A stretch of DNA of 61,188 nt from Parcubacteria group bacterium. Lineage in GTDB: Bacteria > Patescibacteriota > Minisyncoccia > Portnoybacterales > UBA2143. How positions within the stretch are numbered: position 1 is the first letter of the stretch; every line of letters begins with the position of its first letter. This document shows positions 1 through 10,325 of the stretch, piece by piece. The DNA is taken from contig NYYU01000006.1 in assembly GCA_002685955.1 (NCBI GenBank), positions 1 to 61,188 of the forward strand. The letters are read 5' to 3'. Both the position numbers and the translations under genes were made by a program. A model generated the notes under the pieces. The model was not told the DNA's origin. It saw nothing but the letters and a program-made list of their open reading frames with translations, and searched no databases.

Positions 1-570
1 ATTAGCTGTTTGGTATAGAGATTCCTGAAAATCTACTGGAATTTGATTATTTAATAATTGAATTTCAGTCACGTTCATTACCGGCCGAACTAGAGCATTG
101 AATAAAGGACGAGGAACTTCAATTTGATCCTCTCCTCTAAGAGCTAAAGGAGAAAAAAAGTATGCGATAGCTACCATTAAAGATAAAGCGGTTAAAATAA
201 AAGGCAGGCCTCTGCGAAGAATTTTATCTACTTGGATTTTAATTCTAACTTGTTTTTCTTTTATTGCTCTAAAAGACCCCAGGACAAAAAATACGCCAGC
301 TATAAATAAGGTTGCCAAATATTCTAACTTAAAGCCAAAGACAAAAAAATAGCTGATAACAATAAAAACGAGCGTGATCATTAAAACCGCCCTTGATTTA
401 GTTAATAGCCAGTTTAAGCCTAAAAAGATCAACAAAATCAGAAAGCCAATACTGGGCAAAAGCCAGCCGCCATCTCCAAAAAGGACGCTTTTTGTTCCAG
501 CCCAGGTGCTAGCCGCTACTAAAGTAGCAATGCCAATAATGATTGATTGGGTAATACGGTTATTGTTCAT
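1..570 (-). CDS. Multi-pass membrane protein, hypothetical; C-terminus cut by window edge
   Basis: Own translation of the minus strand. ATG at 568-570 (MNNNRITQSIIIGIATLVAAS...) stays open to position 1 and shows several hydrophobic helices. It is absent from the ORF track because it has no stop inside the window. Confidence 0.45.
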   Translation of the reverse strand, partial: MNNNRITQSIIIGIATLVAASTWAGTKSVLFGDGGWLLPSIGFLILLIFLGLNWLLTKSRAVLMITLVFIVISYFFVFGFKLEYLATLFIAGVFFVLGSFRAIKEKQVRIKIQVDKILRRGLPFILTALSLMVAIAYFFSPLALRGEDQIEVPRPLFNALVRPVMNVTEIQLLNNQIPVDFQESLYQTAN

Positions 571-600
571 TCGTTTAACTTCTCCCTATTATACAACAAA

Positions 601-1701
601 TTAAATATATCTCAAAGCTATTTTCTCCACAACCTTATCCCAATTATATGTTTTCCGGCTATAATCCTTAATCTCTTTGGCCCGTTCTTTGGCAATTTTA
701 GGATTTTTTAGAATAAATTCCAACTTTTGTTTTAAGTCCTTAATACTCTTATTTTTAAAAAGAAAAGGTGAACTTTTAAACATTTGTTTATGGATTCCAA
801 TGTTAGAAAGCAACAAAGGCCGGCCAAAGCTGCCCGCTTCTAAAACCGCTAAGGGCAGACCCTCTTGCTCTGAAGGATTAACGAATAAGCAGGCATTGCT
901 GTAAAGTTCTTTTAATATTTTTCCTTGTTGAGCGCCTAAAAACATAATTTGATTATCACCGCCGGCCATTTTCTCAAGTTTAGCTTTATAGTCCTGGGTA
1001 TAAAAACCAGGACCGATAATAACCAATTTTTTGTCTGTTTTAACCTGTTGAAATGCTTTGATTAAATAGTGAATACCTTTATGGGCAATTAAACGGCTGA
1101 CTGCTAGGATATAGTTATTCTCTTTTAAGCCCCACTGCTTAATTAATTGAGCTGGAACATGATTAACCGGATTAACTCCGTGGGGAATAAAATCAGTTTT
1201 ACGGTTGTACTGACTCTCAGTATATTTTTGTATTTCTAAAGAAACCGGGATAATTTCATCAGCTAAATAACAGCCCATCATTTCGCCTATGCTCAATGCA
1301 AACTGGGCAAAAGCGCCCCATTTCTCATGAAAATAGTCCCGGCAATGAAAAGTAAAGACGATTTTAGTTCTAGGTCTAAAAATCTTAGGTATCCAGATAT
1401 TGAAAGCCGGCCCAATACCATGATAATGAATCACCTCGGCCCTAAGCTTAAAAAGAGCGTGAAGCGTAGCTAAAAAAGTATGGCTAATCGCATCTAAATG
1501 CTTAGTTTTTAAGCTGGGCAAAGAAATAAGATTCACTTGCCTGTATCTGTCTAGTTTTTTAGAAGTGTAATATTTTCTAGTATAGACAAAAACTTGGTAA
1601 TTTTTCTTTTGAGCCAAACGCAAACTGACCTCTTCCACATGACGCTCAATTCCTCCGAAAAGCGTTGGTATGCCTTTTTGGCCAATCATAGCGATTTTCA
1701 T
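601..1701 (-). CDS. Glycosyltransferase, GT4/GT1-type
   Basis: N-terminal MKIAMIGQKGIP..GGIERHVEE and C-terminal EQEGLPLAVLEAGSFGRP (E-x7-E-like GT4 signature). Confidence 0.85.
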   Translation of the reverse strand: MKIAMIGQKGIPTLFGGIERHVEEVSLRLAQKKNYQVFVYTRKYYTSKKLDRYRQVNLISLPSLKTKHLDAISHTFLATLHALFKLRAEVIHYHGIGPAFNIWIPKIFRPRTKIVFTFHCRDYFHEKWGAFAQFALSIGEMMGCYLADEIIPVSLEIQKYTESQYNRKTDFIPHGVNPVNHVPAQLIKQWGLKENNYILAVSRLIAHKGIHYLIKAFQQVKTDKKLVIIGPGFYTQDYKAKLEKMAGGDNQIMFLGAQQGKILKELYSNACLFVNPSEQEGLPLAVLEAGSFGRPLLLSNIGIHKQMFKSSPFLFKNKSIKDLKQKLEFILKNPKIAKERAKEIKDYSRKTYNWDKVVEKIALRYI

Positions 1702-1702
1702 A

Positions 1703-3031
1703 TTATTCTAAAATATCTATTACCTCCCAATCCCGCTCAATAATCTTTTCTTTAATATATTCCTTTTGATTGTTTTTAGTAACAAATCTAAAAGACAAGC
1801 TGTCTACGCCTATTTGCTTCTGAACTAAAAGCTTGTAAGTGCCATTCTGTTTAACCTTTTCAGATATTTCAGGTAAAAGATATTTAAATTCAATTACCTT
1901 TTGCTGACCAGTCGGTATTTTAATCCAATTGCCAAAAACTGTTTTTCCTAATTCATCAATAAACGCTGTCATGTCTTCAAGACCGTTTGCTTGTAAAAGC
2001 CAGCTTCCCTGAGGCGCATAAATTCTTAAATATGCTCGGTAATCATCATTAAACCAATCCTTAGCTCCCCCAGTATGCGTATAAATAATCCTTAAGGTCG
2101 CTTCTGGTCTTTCCTTGTCTAAATCAAGCTCGTACTCTACTTGTCGGGTGATAAAAAAGTTGCTTTTGCGAGCGGCTAAGTTAGCTTCAACAATCATTAA
2201 ATAATCAGCTTGATAGGTTTGGTTAACTTGGCCGGCCCAGCCTTGAGCTGAAATTATTCTCTGAACTTCTTCATCTTGAAAATACAAAAGGATATTTTTT
2301 CTGTTTAATTCCTTTAAGGCCAAATCTTTAATTTTCCGCTGTTCCCAGAAACTATCTTTGGCTAAGCGAGTTAAAATTTCTTGACCTAGGGCTTTAAGAA
2401 TTGTTTTTCTTTCTCCCCTAACAAGGCCTCGTTCTAGATATCCTTGCTCTACTTCATATTCTAATTGATAAAGCGCGTCTTCAGCTTGAAACTCTTTATC
2501 AAATTCAGTTAGATAAATCGGACCGGTTAATTTTAATAATTCAGGCAGAATTGAGGCATTAATTCCGATAATGCCGTCAAATTCTTCCAGACCGCCTTGA
2601 AGATGATAAAAATATTCAACTTGCTGAGCTGAAATAATAAAATCGGGCGACCAGTTACCATCTCTCATTTGCCAGTTATTTACTTTTAAATGATCTTTAA
2701 TTGGTTGGGGCGGATCGGTTTGGACACTGCCAAAACCATCAAAAATATTAGTATCGTGTATTTGAAAGAAAGTTACTTGACCATTTTTAACTTTAATAAT
2801 GGCAAAGCTGCCCAAATAACCGCCGCTTGGTCTTAATTCTAAATTATTCTGTAAAAGCAAAAGATAAGTTTTTTCTTGGCCCAAACCAGTCAATTTAGGA
2901 ATTAATTTCCAATAAGAAATTTCTTGGGTTTGGTTCAAGATCCAGCCTTTTTGCCATATTAAAAAACCGCCGATTAGGACTAAAATGATTGAAAAACTAA
3001 TTAAGATTTTAATGGTGTTTGACTCTTTCAT
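1703..3031 (-). CDS. DUF4012 domain protein with N-terminal TM anchor
   Basis: LRPSGGYLGSFAIIKVKNGQV motif typical of DUF4012. Sits in glycan-cluster context. Confidence 0.7.
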   Translation of the reverse strand: MKESNTIKILISFSIILVLIGGFLIWQKGWILNQTQEISYWKLIPKLTGLGQEKTYLLLLQNNLELRPSGGYLGSFAIIKVKNGQVTFFQIHDTNIFDGFGSVQTDPPQPIKDHLKVNNWQMRDGNWSPDFIISAQQVEYFYHLQGGLEEFDGIIGINASILPELLKLTGPIYLTEFDKEFQAEDALYQLEYEVEQGYLERGLVRGERKTILKALGQEILTRLAKDSFWEQRKIKDLALKELNRKNILLYFQDEEVQRIISAQGWAGQVNQTYQADYLMIVEANLAARKSNFFITRQVEYELDLDKERPEATLRIIYTHTGGAKDWFNDDYRAYLRIYAPQGSWLLQANGLEDMTAFIDELGKTVFGNWIKIPTGQQKVIEFKYLLPEISEKVKQNGTYKLLVQKQIGVDSLSFRFVTKNNQKEYIKEKIIERDWEVIDILE

Positions 3032-4244
3032 AGATTTTAATTATCTTCTTATAATGATTCTCCGGGTTATACTTGCTTAAAACCTGTGCTTGGCCCTGCC
3101 GGCCCATTTGATTAATTAATTTTAAATGTTTCAAGGCCCAAGCCATCTTGGCTGACAAATCATTTTGATTATTGGGCTTAAATAGCAAGCCAGTTTTCAT
3201 ATTTTTAATCATTTCGGACAAACCGCCAATTTTAGCGGCCATGACCGGCTTGGCCAAAGCTAAGCTTTCTAAAACAGCATAAGGAAAATTCTCTGGCCAG
3301 AGCGAAGGTACAATTATTGAACAAGCATTAGCAATGGTTTTTTGCAGCAATTTACCTTTTTTTATGCCCAAAAATTCTATTTGTTGATGATAGCCAGCTA
3401 ATTTTTCTAAATTCTCTTTTTCTGGACCATCCCCAGCTATCTTCAACTTTACTTGCGGAAATTGATCTGAAATTTCTAAAAAGGATCTGATTAATAAATC
3501 AACTCCCTTTTCCCGGCTCAAACGACCAAAATATAGTAAATACGAATCTTTATTTGACGGAGTTAAGCTTAAAGATGATTTATTAACAAAATATGGAAGA
3601 TAAACTATCTTTTCTTTAGGAATCCCCCAAGCTAAAGCTTTTCTTTTAAGGAATAAACTAGGCGCTAAAAAAACATCTATCTGCTCAGCTACTTTTAAAA
3701 AATCTCTTTGCCAGATGCCCTCTAAATAACCGCCCAAGCTTTCAATATATGAATCTTTAATACATTTTTTAGTTAAACAAAAACGATAATCTTTTTCTTT
3801 TAAACAGTCAAAACAAGCTTGTTTCTGGGAAAAGAACTTATAATTCGGGCAAAAAAGCTTGTAATCATGCAAAGTCATTGCGATGGGGATATTGTATTTT
3901 TTTAAAGCAAAAATAATTGATGGTGAAAAATGACTGAAAATGTTGTGAAGATGCGCTATATCTGGCTTTTTATATTTAACAATTTTCTCTAGTTTCTTTT
4001 TTGCCTCCTTGTTCCAAAAAATTCGTCTGGCTTTTTTAAAAACCTTACTGAATCCTGGTTGATCAGAAAAATCAATAAGCTTGGCAAAATCCTTTTCTTC
4101 AGGCAAATGGAAGTTTTGAGGATGTTGAGCGCTCCAAACTGAAACCTGATGAGCTTTTTTAGTCAAAAGCTCCGCTAAGTCAAAAAAATATCGCTCTGCT
4201 CCCCCCTTAATGAAGAAAAACTTATTTATCTGTAATACTTTCAT
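3009..4244 (-). CDS. Glycosyltransferase, GT4-type
   Basis: MKVLQINKFFFIKGGAERYF N-terminus; C-terminal EN..FPYAVLESLALAKPV GT4 motif. Confidence 0.85.
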   Translation of the reverse strand: MKVLQINKFFFIKGGAERYFFDLAELLTKKAHQVSVWSAQHPQNFHLPEEKDFAKLIDFSDQPGFSKVFKKARRIFWNKEAKKKLEKIVKYKKPDIAHLHNIFSHFSPSIIFALKKYNIPIAMTLHDYKLFCPNYKFFSQKQACFDCLKEKDYRFCLTKKCIKDSYIESLGGYLEGIWQRDFLKVAEQIDVFLAPSLFLKRKALAWGIPKEKIVYLPYFVNKSSLSLTPSNKDSYLLYFGRLSREKGVDLLIRSFLEISDQFPQVKLKIAGDGPEKENLEKLAGYHQQIEFLGIKKGKLLQKTIANACSIIVPSLWPENFPYAVLESLALAKPVMAAKIGGLSEMIKNMKTGLLFKPNNQNDLSAKMAWALKHLKLINQMGRQGQAQVLSKYNPENHYKKIIKIYERVKHH

Positions 4245-5341
4245 TAATTTGTCGAGACCACAACCTTTGATCTATTTGACTGACAGTCTATTCTCTGCGC
4301 CGGAAATAAAAGTTTGATTTTTGCTTTTATAATCCAAAAACCTACTCTTAACCAATGTTTTCTGATGGCTTGTCGAGTAGTACAAATCATCCAATTGATT
4401 GGACTTTTCTGGGGCAAAAGCATTTCTCTGGTTCTTAAGCCAAAATCAGACCAATTTCTAACTCTTCGTAATCTGCCTATTCTTAATCCCCAAACATCTG
4501 AAGGATAAATATTGCCAATCGGGTCAATGAATAAAGAAGTTAATCCGGAATAATCTGGCAGAATTCTTTTTTGCTCTTCTAAAAATCTCAATAAGCCCCA
4601 GGCAAAGTATGCCCTTAACCATTTTTTAGGCGAAAAGCTTTTAATTTCCTGGTCAATCAGCCAATTAAGTTCTCGGTTTATCTTCTTCAAATTATTTATC
4701 TGGTTATCGTTTTTATCAAAATAGTGATTGGAGTTATGATAAGCGGCTAAACTGAATTCTACTTCTAGTTCTCTGCTTAACCGATAAATTCTTTTTAATT
4801 GATTAATATTTTGATCACCTAAAGTAAAAGCAATCTTAATATCTCTTAAGCCTAATTCCTTTAAAAGTCGAATTGTTTCTAAAACTAAACTATAGCCGCC
4901 GGGAAAGCCCCTTAATTCCTCATGGACTCTGCCAAAACCATCTAAAGAAACAGCAATACCAATGTCTCTTTTAAATCTAATGATTTTCTGCATTTGTTTT
5001 TTAATTAAACTAGGAGAAAAACCATTAGTGGAAATAACGATTTTGGCTTTAGGACACTGACGGCTGATAATTCTAATAATTTCTGGCAATTCTTTTTTTA
5101 AAAAAGGCTCTCCCCCGCTTAGATTGATATTTTGAGCGTTTCGTGGTAAATTAGTATAATCAATCGGCTGACAAGAGGCAGTTCCTTTTTTCTGCCAAAT
5201 ATTACAAAACTGGCAACGGCTGTTGCATTGATAAGTTATGGCCAAAACAAAATCTTTAGGCGCAAAATTATTTGATTGACTGGTTGATTTACTCATCATT
5301 AATATTATTACTTTACCAAAGGTTATGGAAAATGTCAACAC
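4244..5341 (-). CDS. Radical SAM protein (true start probably the internal MMSKS, near 5296-5299)
   Basis: CNSRCQFCNIW CxxxCxxC cluster motif followed by the GGEPFL SAM-binding motif. The first 15 aa overlap the divergent gene at 5325. Confidence 0.8.
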   Translation of the reverse strand: MLTFSITFGKVIILMMSKSTSQSNNFAPKDFVLAITYQCNSRCQFCNIWQKKGTASCQPIDYTNLPRNAQNINLSGGEPFLKKELPEIIRIISRQCPKAKIVISTNGFSPSLIKKQMQKIIRFKRDIGIAVSLDGFGRVHEELRGFPGGYSLVLETIRLLKELGLRDIKIAFTLGDQNINQLKRIYRLSRELEVEFSLAAYHNSNHYFDKNDNQINNLKKINRELNWLIDQEIKSFSPKKWLRAYFAWGLLRFLEEQKRILPDYSGLTSLFIDPIGNIYPSDVWGLRIGRLRRVRNWSDFGLRTREMLLPQKSPINWMICTTRQAIRKHWLRVGFWIIKAKIKLLFPAQRIDCQSNRSKVVVSTN

Positions 5342-6551
5342 AAAACAATCAAGAAAACTATTCTATTTTTTATTAAGCTTAGTCCTTTTAAGGCCTAGTT
5401 TAGACATTACCAGTCAAATAGAATTCCAAATTCATCCAAGTCTGCCCCTAATGAATCCTAATATTATTATCGGCGGATTGGTTTTTTTAATTAGTCTGCT
5501 CTTTTATTTTAAAAACCTGAAAAATATTCATGCGATTCCCCTTTTCTATCCTATTTTTCTGACGATCGGCCTGTTTCTGATAAGTATTTTCTATTCGGTT
5601 AACGCCTTTGCCAGTATTAGAGAATTTATTCGTTTTAGCGCTATTTTCCTTTTGTATTTCTTAGCTTATTGGCTAATTGAAAACAGAAAAGATTTCTATT
5701 TATTGCTCAAAGCCATCATCATCAGCTATTTTCTGCCTAGCTTGGTTGCTTTGGTCCAATTAGTTTTTGGTTTAGGCCTACCTGATGATTTTGGCGGTTT
5801 TAAAAGAATTTATGGCACTTTTGCTCATCCTAATCCTTTTGCCTTTTATACCTTTTTCATTGTCGGATTAACTCTCTGTTTATTATTATCCCTCCAACAA
5901 AGTAAAAAGGATGATCAAATTAAAAAATATTTCCCATATTTTTGGCTCTTTGCCGGCTTAGCGATTTTCCTTCTTTTTGCCACTTATACTCGCAGCGCCA
6001 TCGCCTGCCTTTTTATCTTTATGGCTATTTTTGGTATTTTCAAATACCGCAAAATTCTTTTAATGGGCGTTTTACTTTTCTTTTTTGCTTATTTTTTCTC
6101 TGATGTTTTTCAAGAGCGTCTTTGGGAAATGATTACTTTAGATCCCTATGGTTCAATTATTTGGCGCTTCCGTCTTTGGCGGGATATTATTCCTATATCG
6201 CTCTGGCAGCCTTGGTTTGGCTATGGAGCAGGAACCTTTACAAAAATAGTTGAATTTTACCGAGGGTTTAGATGGGGCAGCTTAGACGCTCATAATGATT
6301 ATTTAAAAATCTTTATGGAAAATGGCTTAGCCGGCCTGGTCGCCTATGGCTGGCTGATACTTGGTCTTTTTTCTTATCTTTTCAAAATATTCAAAAAATC
6401 CATTGACCAAGATAAAGTTTTAACTTTAGGCATCCTGGCAATTAGTTTAAGTTTATTTATGATTGCTTCAGTTGATAATGTTCTGCGCGGCACTGCTTTA
6501 CAATGGAATTTCTGGATTTTGATTGCCGGTTGGTTTAAATTAAAAGCTTGA
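5325..6551 (+). CDS. O-antigen ligase/polymerase-like (Wzy_C family) membrane protein
   Basis: About 10 TM helices; the loop TRSAIACLF...GAGTF...AHNDYLKIFMENG resembles the O-antigen ligase family. Confidence 0.7.
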   Translation: MENVNTKQSRKLFYFLLSLVLLRPSLDITSQIEFQIHPSLPLMNPNIIIGGLVFLISLLFYFKNLKNIHAIPLFYPIFLTIGLFLISIFYSVNAFASIREFIRFSAIFLLYFLAYWLIENRKDFYLLLKAIIISYFLPSLVALVQLVFGLGLPDDFGGFKRIYGTFAHPNPFAFYTFFIVGLTLCLLLSLQQSKKDDQIKKYFPYFWLFAGLAIFLLFATYTRSAIACLFIFMAIFGIFKYRKILLMGVLLFFFAYFFSDVFQERLWEMITLDPYGSIIWRFRLWRDIIPISLWQPWFGYGAGTFTKIVEFYRGFRWGSLDAHNDYLKIFMENGLAGLVAYGWLILGLFSYLFKIFKKSIDQDKVLTLGILAISLSLFMIASVDNVLRGTALQWNFWILIAGWFKLKA

Positions 6552-6606
6552 CAAAATATGTAAAATTTATTAACGTTATAATTGCCTGAGATAGAGGCAT
6601 TTTTTT

Positions 6607-7245
6607 ATGAATACAAACATAAATCAAACAATTAAAATACTTTATCAAAAGAAATGGTTAATTTTTTGGTTGACTGTTTTAGGCGCAGTCCTGTTTTTTG
6701 ATTTAATAGTTATCCAGCCAGCTCAATACAAAGCTAACTTTAAAATATTGGTTATTCAAAAACAGCTGGCTGGCCAGGATATCTATAGCATTTCTAAATC
6801 AAGCCAGTATCTCTCTCAGATTCTAAAAGAAGCAATTTATTCTGATAGTTTTTTTGACGCAGTTATTCAAGCGCCTTATCAAATAGAAACAACTGACTTC
6901 CCTATCACATCCAAACAAAGACAAAAACAATGGAAAAGGACTGTTAAAGTTAAAATTGCCCGTGATTTGGGAATCATGGAAATAGATGTGTTTTATCCTG
7001 ATAAACAAAAGGCCAAACAAATTAGCCAAGCAGTAGTTAATATCTTAACTAAAGATCATCGGCTTTATCATGGGGGCGGTCAAAACGTGGAATTAAAACT
7101 CTTGGATTATCCTTTGGTCAATCAAAAACCAGTCATGATTCATATCTGGCTGGGAACAATCTTAGGCGCTTTAACTGGATTGTTAATCGGTTTGCTTTGG
7201 GCTTTAAAAAAAGACAAAGCAAAAGAAGATCTTCCGATTATATAG
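6607..7245 (+). CDS. Wzz-like chain-length determinant protein (short)
   Basis: N- and C-terminal TM helices bracket a soluble domain. N-terminus resembles the Wzz domain. Glycan-cluster context. Confidence 0.5.
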   Translation: MNTNINQTIKILYQKKWLIFWLTVLGAVLFFDLIVIQPAQYKANFKILVIQKQLAGQDIYSISKSSQYLSQILKEAIYSDSFFDAVIQAPYQIETTDFPITSKQRQKQWKRTVKVKIARDLGIMEIDVFYPDKQKAKQISQAVVNILTKDHRLYHGGGQNVELKLLDYPLVNQKPVMIHIWLGTILGALTGLLIGLLWALKKDKAKEDLPII

Positions 7246-7262
7246 GAAGAAGCTTCCTTTTT
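7244..7262 (+). terminator. Small hairpin plus T-run after the Wzz-like gene
   Basis: GGAAG-AAG-CTTCC followed by TTTTT. Confidence 0.45.
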
Positions 7263-7368
7263 GAACAAAATTGTGATATTTTGTCTAAAAAGGAGGTTTT
7301 AGGGAATCGCTTTTTAACAAAAACAAAATTCAAATAATCTAGAAACTCAAGAGAAAGGAGATAAAACC

Positions 7369-7941
7369 ATGAAATTAACAAAACGTGAGTTTTTATTCGC
7401 GATAGGCGCCGGAGCTGCTGCTGCGTGTAGCCCGTCAGGCGCTGGCAACGATGACGAATGCGAGTTTAACTACGATTACTATGATGTAGTCCCCCGGGCC
7501 AGCGACGACGGTATTATAACTCTGAAAATAAAAGTTTGGTGCTTAAGCCATACTAATGGTGGAACCATACCCCCTGAAGAAGGAACGATTATCTACCTTC
7601 ATTCAATGACCTTGAATCACGCTGATCCATGCAATGATGTGATTGCATGGGCTCCAATTAGAAATGGCTGGTTAACGTTTAACTTTCTGAATCCAGCCGA
7701 TAGTCCGGCTAACGATGGATTCCGGGACAGATTCTGGGGTAGCGTTTTAAGAGAATGTGACTTCAATACCCCAACCTGGTGGCTCTGCATTCCGAAAGAA
7801 AGAAACCCTTACTACAGGGAGGAATGTCCTCCTAGCCGCAACCCAGCCATCGAAATGGTTTTCTGGCGGCTAAATCAAAAAATCACGGTTGTTCCATCCT
7901 GGGAACCCTGTGATCAAGTCGGACCGGGATGTCAACCATAA
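7369..7941 (+). CDS. Cys-rich secreted lipoprotein candidate with Tat-like signal, hypothetical
   Basis: MKLTKREFLFAIGAGAAAAC: KR-x-FL Tat-like n-region plus an AAAC lipobox. 10 Cys. Strong GGAG RBS. Clearly more GC-rich than its neighbours. Confidence 0.6.
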   Translation: MKLTKREFLFAIGAGAAAACSPSGAGNDDECEFNYDYYDVVPRASDDGIITLKIKVWCLSHTNGGTIPPEEGTIIYLHSMTLNHADPCNDVIAWAPIRNGWLTFNFLNPADSPANDGFRDRFWGSVLRECDFNTPTWWLCIPKERNPYYREECPPSRNPAIEMVFWRLNQKITVVPSWEPCDQVGPGCQP

Positions 7942-7960
7942 CCCCTAACCTCCACAATGC

Positions 7961-7993
7961 AAAAAGGGACGCTCTTAATGAACGCCCCTTTTT
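7961..7993. terminator. Bidirectional terminator between convergent genes
   Basis: AAAAA-GGGACG...CGCCCC-TTTTT hairpin lies between the 7941 stop and the dnaK stop. Confidence 0.5.
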
Positions 7994-8011
7994 AAATTGC
8001 TATTTTCTATT

Positions 8012-9868
8012 TTATTTCTTTTCAGGTTCAGCTTTCTCTTCCTCTTTAACATCTTCAAACTCTCCTTCAACACTCTTTCCTTTTATCTCTGGCTCGCTCT
8101 GTTCAGCTTTTTCTTCCTGAACTTTTTGATACAATTGAGCGCCGATTTTCTGAATAGCTTGTGATAATTCATCAATCGCTTTTTTAAGTTCATCTATCTC
8201 ACTACTGTCTTTTAATTTTTTAAGATTGGCCAGTTTTTCGTCAACTTCCTTCCTATCTTCTGGTTTAACTTTATCGCCCGCGTCTTTTAACGCTTTTTCG
8301 GTTGAAAAAATTAAAGTATCAGCTTGGTTGCGAACTTCAATTAATTCTTTTTTCTTACGATCTTCAACCGCATGCTTTTCTGCTTCTTGTTTCATTTTTT
8401 TAATATTTTCTTTAGATAAAGCTGAAGAATCAGTAATAGTAATATGCTGTTCTTTGTCAGTCCCTTTATCTTTGGCCTTAACATTTAAAATGCCGTTGAC
8501 ATCAATATCAAAAGTAACTTCAATTTGGGGCACGCCTCGAGGCGCCGGCGGGATGCCGTCTAAAATAAATCGCCCCAAAGTTCGGTTATCTGTTGACATT
8601 GGCCTTTCGCCTTGTAAAACATGGATGTCAACCGCTGGCTGATTATCAGCCGCCGTAGAAAAAATCTGAGTCTTAGAAGCAGGAATAGTTGTATTGCGTT
8701 CAATTAACGGAGTCATTACGGCGCCTAAGGTCTCTATGCCCAAAGTTAAAGGAGTTACATCTAACAAGAGAACTTCTTTGGTTTCGCCTGTTAAGACCCC
8801 TCCCTGAATAGCCGCTCCCATAGCAACCGATTCCATGGGGTCAACCCCCCGTTCAATTTTTTTGCCGGCATAATCTTCAACAAAGCTTTGGACAATTGGC
8901 ATGCGGGTTGGCCCGCCAACTAAAATAATTTTAGTAATATCATTAGGAGTTAATTTAGCATCCTTAATTGCTTGTTCCATGGGCTGATGGCATTTTTCAA
9001 CAATTGGCTTAACCAGTTCTTCTAATTTAGCCCGAGTAATTTTCATGGTTAAATGCTTGGGATTATTCTCATCAGCGCTGATAAAAGGCAAATTAATGTC
9101 TGTTTCTAAAGTGGAAGAAAGTTCAATTTTAGCTTTTTCGGCCGCTTCTTTGAGTCGCTGCAGAGCGGTCTTATCTTGCTTTAAATCAATGCTATTTTCT
9201 TTTTTAAATTCATCAGCAATATATTCGGTTAAAACTTCATCCATATCGGTCCCACCCAACTGGGTATCACCTGAAGTTGATTTAACCTCAAAAACACCCT
9301 CGCCGAAATCCATCATAGTCACATCAAGCGTGCCGCCGCCAAAGTCAAAAACCAGAATTTTTTCTTCTTGACCGACTTTATCAATCCCATAAGCCAAAGA
9401 AGCGGCCGTCGGCTCATTAATAATCCTAACCACTTCTAAACCGGCAATCGCTCCGGCATCTTTGGTAGCTTGCCTTTGGGCATCATTAAAATAGGCCGGA
9501 ACAGTAATGACCGCTTTTTCAATCTTTTCTCCTAAAAAAGCTTCGGCGTCTTTTTTGACTTTCTGAAGAATGAAAGCGGAAAGCTGCTGAGGCGTATATT
9601 CTTTACCCCTCAAGCTAATTTTCTCCTTAGTGCCCATTTTCCGCTTAAAAGCAGTAATGGTATTCTCCGGATTAGCTATTGCTTGTCGACGGGCTGGTTC
9701 GCCCACCAAAAGATTGCCATCTTTGTCAAAAGCAACATAAGAAGGAAAAGCTTTGCCGCCGCCCACCACGGTTCCTTCAGCTGAAGGAATAATAGTTGGT
9801 TTGCCTGCTTCAAATACTGAAGCAGCTGAATTAGAAGTGCCTAAATCAATACCTATTATTTTTGTCAT
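8012..9868 (-). CDS. dnaK: Molecular chaperone DnaK (Hsp70)
   Basis: [27 protein letters not shown] motifs over the full length. Confidence 0.97.
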   Translation of the reverse strand: MTKIIGIDLGTSNSAASVFEAGKPTIIPSAEGTVVGGGKAFPSYVAFDKDGNLLVGEPARRQAIANPENTITAFKRKMGTKEKISLRGKEYTPQQLSAFILQKVKKDAEAFLGEKIEKAVITVPAYFNDAQRQATKDAGAIAGLEVVRIINEPTAASLAYGIDKVGQEEKILVFDFGGGTLDVTMMDFGEGVFEVKSTSGDTQLGGTDMDEVLTEYIADEFKKENSIDLKQDKTALQRLKEAAEKAKIELSSTLETDINLPFISADENNPKHLTMKITRAKLEELVKPIVEKCHQPMEQAIKDAKLTPNDITKIILVGGPTRMPIVQSFVEDYAGKKIERGVDPMESVAMGAAIQGGVLTGETKEVLLLDVTPLTLGIETLGAVMTPLIERNTTIPASKTQIFSTAADNQPAVDIHVLQGERPMSTDNRTLGRFILDGIPPAPRGVPQIEVTFDIDVNGILNVKAKDKGTDKEQHITITDSSALSKENIKKMKQEAEKHAVEDRKKKELIEVRNQADTLIFSTEKALKDAGDKVKPEDRKEVDEKLANLKKLKDSSEIDELKKAIDELSQAIQKIGAQLYQKVQEEKAEQSEPEIKGKSVEGEFEDVKEEEKAEPEKK

Positions 9869-9887
9869 ATGTTAATTTTGTCTTAAT

Positions 9888-10325
9888 TTATTTAATTTTT
9901 ATCGGGACTTTCTTAGTTTGTCTATTTGCTTTAGTCAGCTTAGGAACGGTGATCTTAAGTACTCCTCCAAAACTTTCAGCTTTTGCTTGACCTCCTTTAA
10001 CCTCTACTGGCAATTTAACTATTCTGCGGAAAGATCCCTTTTTTATTTCTTTTCTTAAATAATCTTTTTCTTTAATTTGTTTTCCCTCTTCAACCTTTCC
10101 CTGAATAATCAACATATTATCTTCAATAGAAACTTCCATATTCTCTGGCTTGATTACTCCCAAAGATACTTCAATATATAAATTGGTCTTATCTTGATAA
10201 ATATCTATAGCTGGTTCTTCGGTTCCAGCTCCTGGCATAAAAGGCATCCACTCATCTTGCCCAAATACATCAGGCATATGATCAGGCCTTTCTAATTCTT
10301 TAAATGGTCGCCAATTGATAGGCAT
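9888..10325 (-). CDS. Hsp20/alpha-crystallin small heat-shock protein
   Basis: Alpha-crystallin core PAIDIYQDK..LYIEV...FRRIVKLP...GVLKITVPK. Confidence 0.9.
   Translation of the reverse strand: MPINWRPFKELERPDHMPDVFGQDEWMPFMPGAGTEEPAIDIYQDKTNLYIEVSLGVIKPENMEVSIEDNMLIIQGKVEEGKQIKEKDYLRKEIKKGSFRRIVKLPVEVKGGQAKAESFGGVLKITVPKLTKANRQTKKVPIKIK

Noticed and set aside
4314-4508. Small internal ORFs such as 4314-4508, 6823-7029, 12295-12777, 14028-14231, 21454-21751 and 41966-42160.
   Set aside because: They are nested in or antisense to confidently assigned genes and have no independent signals.
8226-9371. Plus-strand ORFs 8226-8642 and 9045-9371, and similar ORFs antisense to long genes (27483-27908, 18586-18828, 19339-19581, 45359-45667, 51608-52081, 58104-58458, 58468-58731, 59014-59271).
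   Set aside because: They lie entirely antisense within well-supported genes (dnaK, rplL, P-type ATPase, permease, uppP, RiPP genes). They have low-complexity Ser/Leu/Phe-rich composition and no RBS, so they are shadow ORFs.
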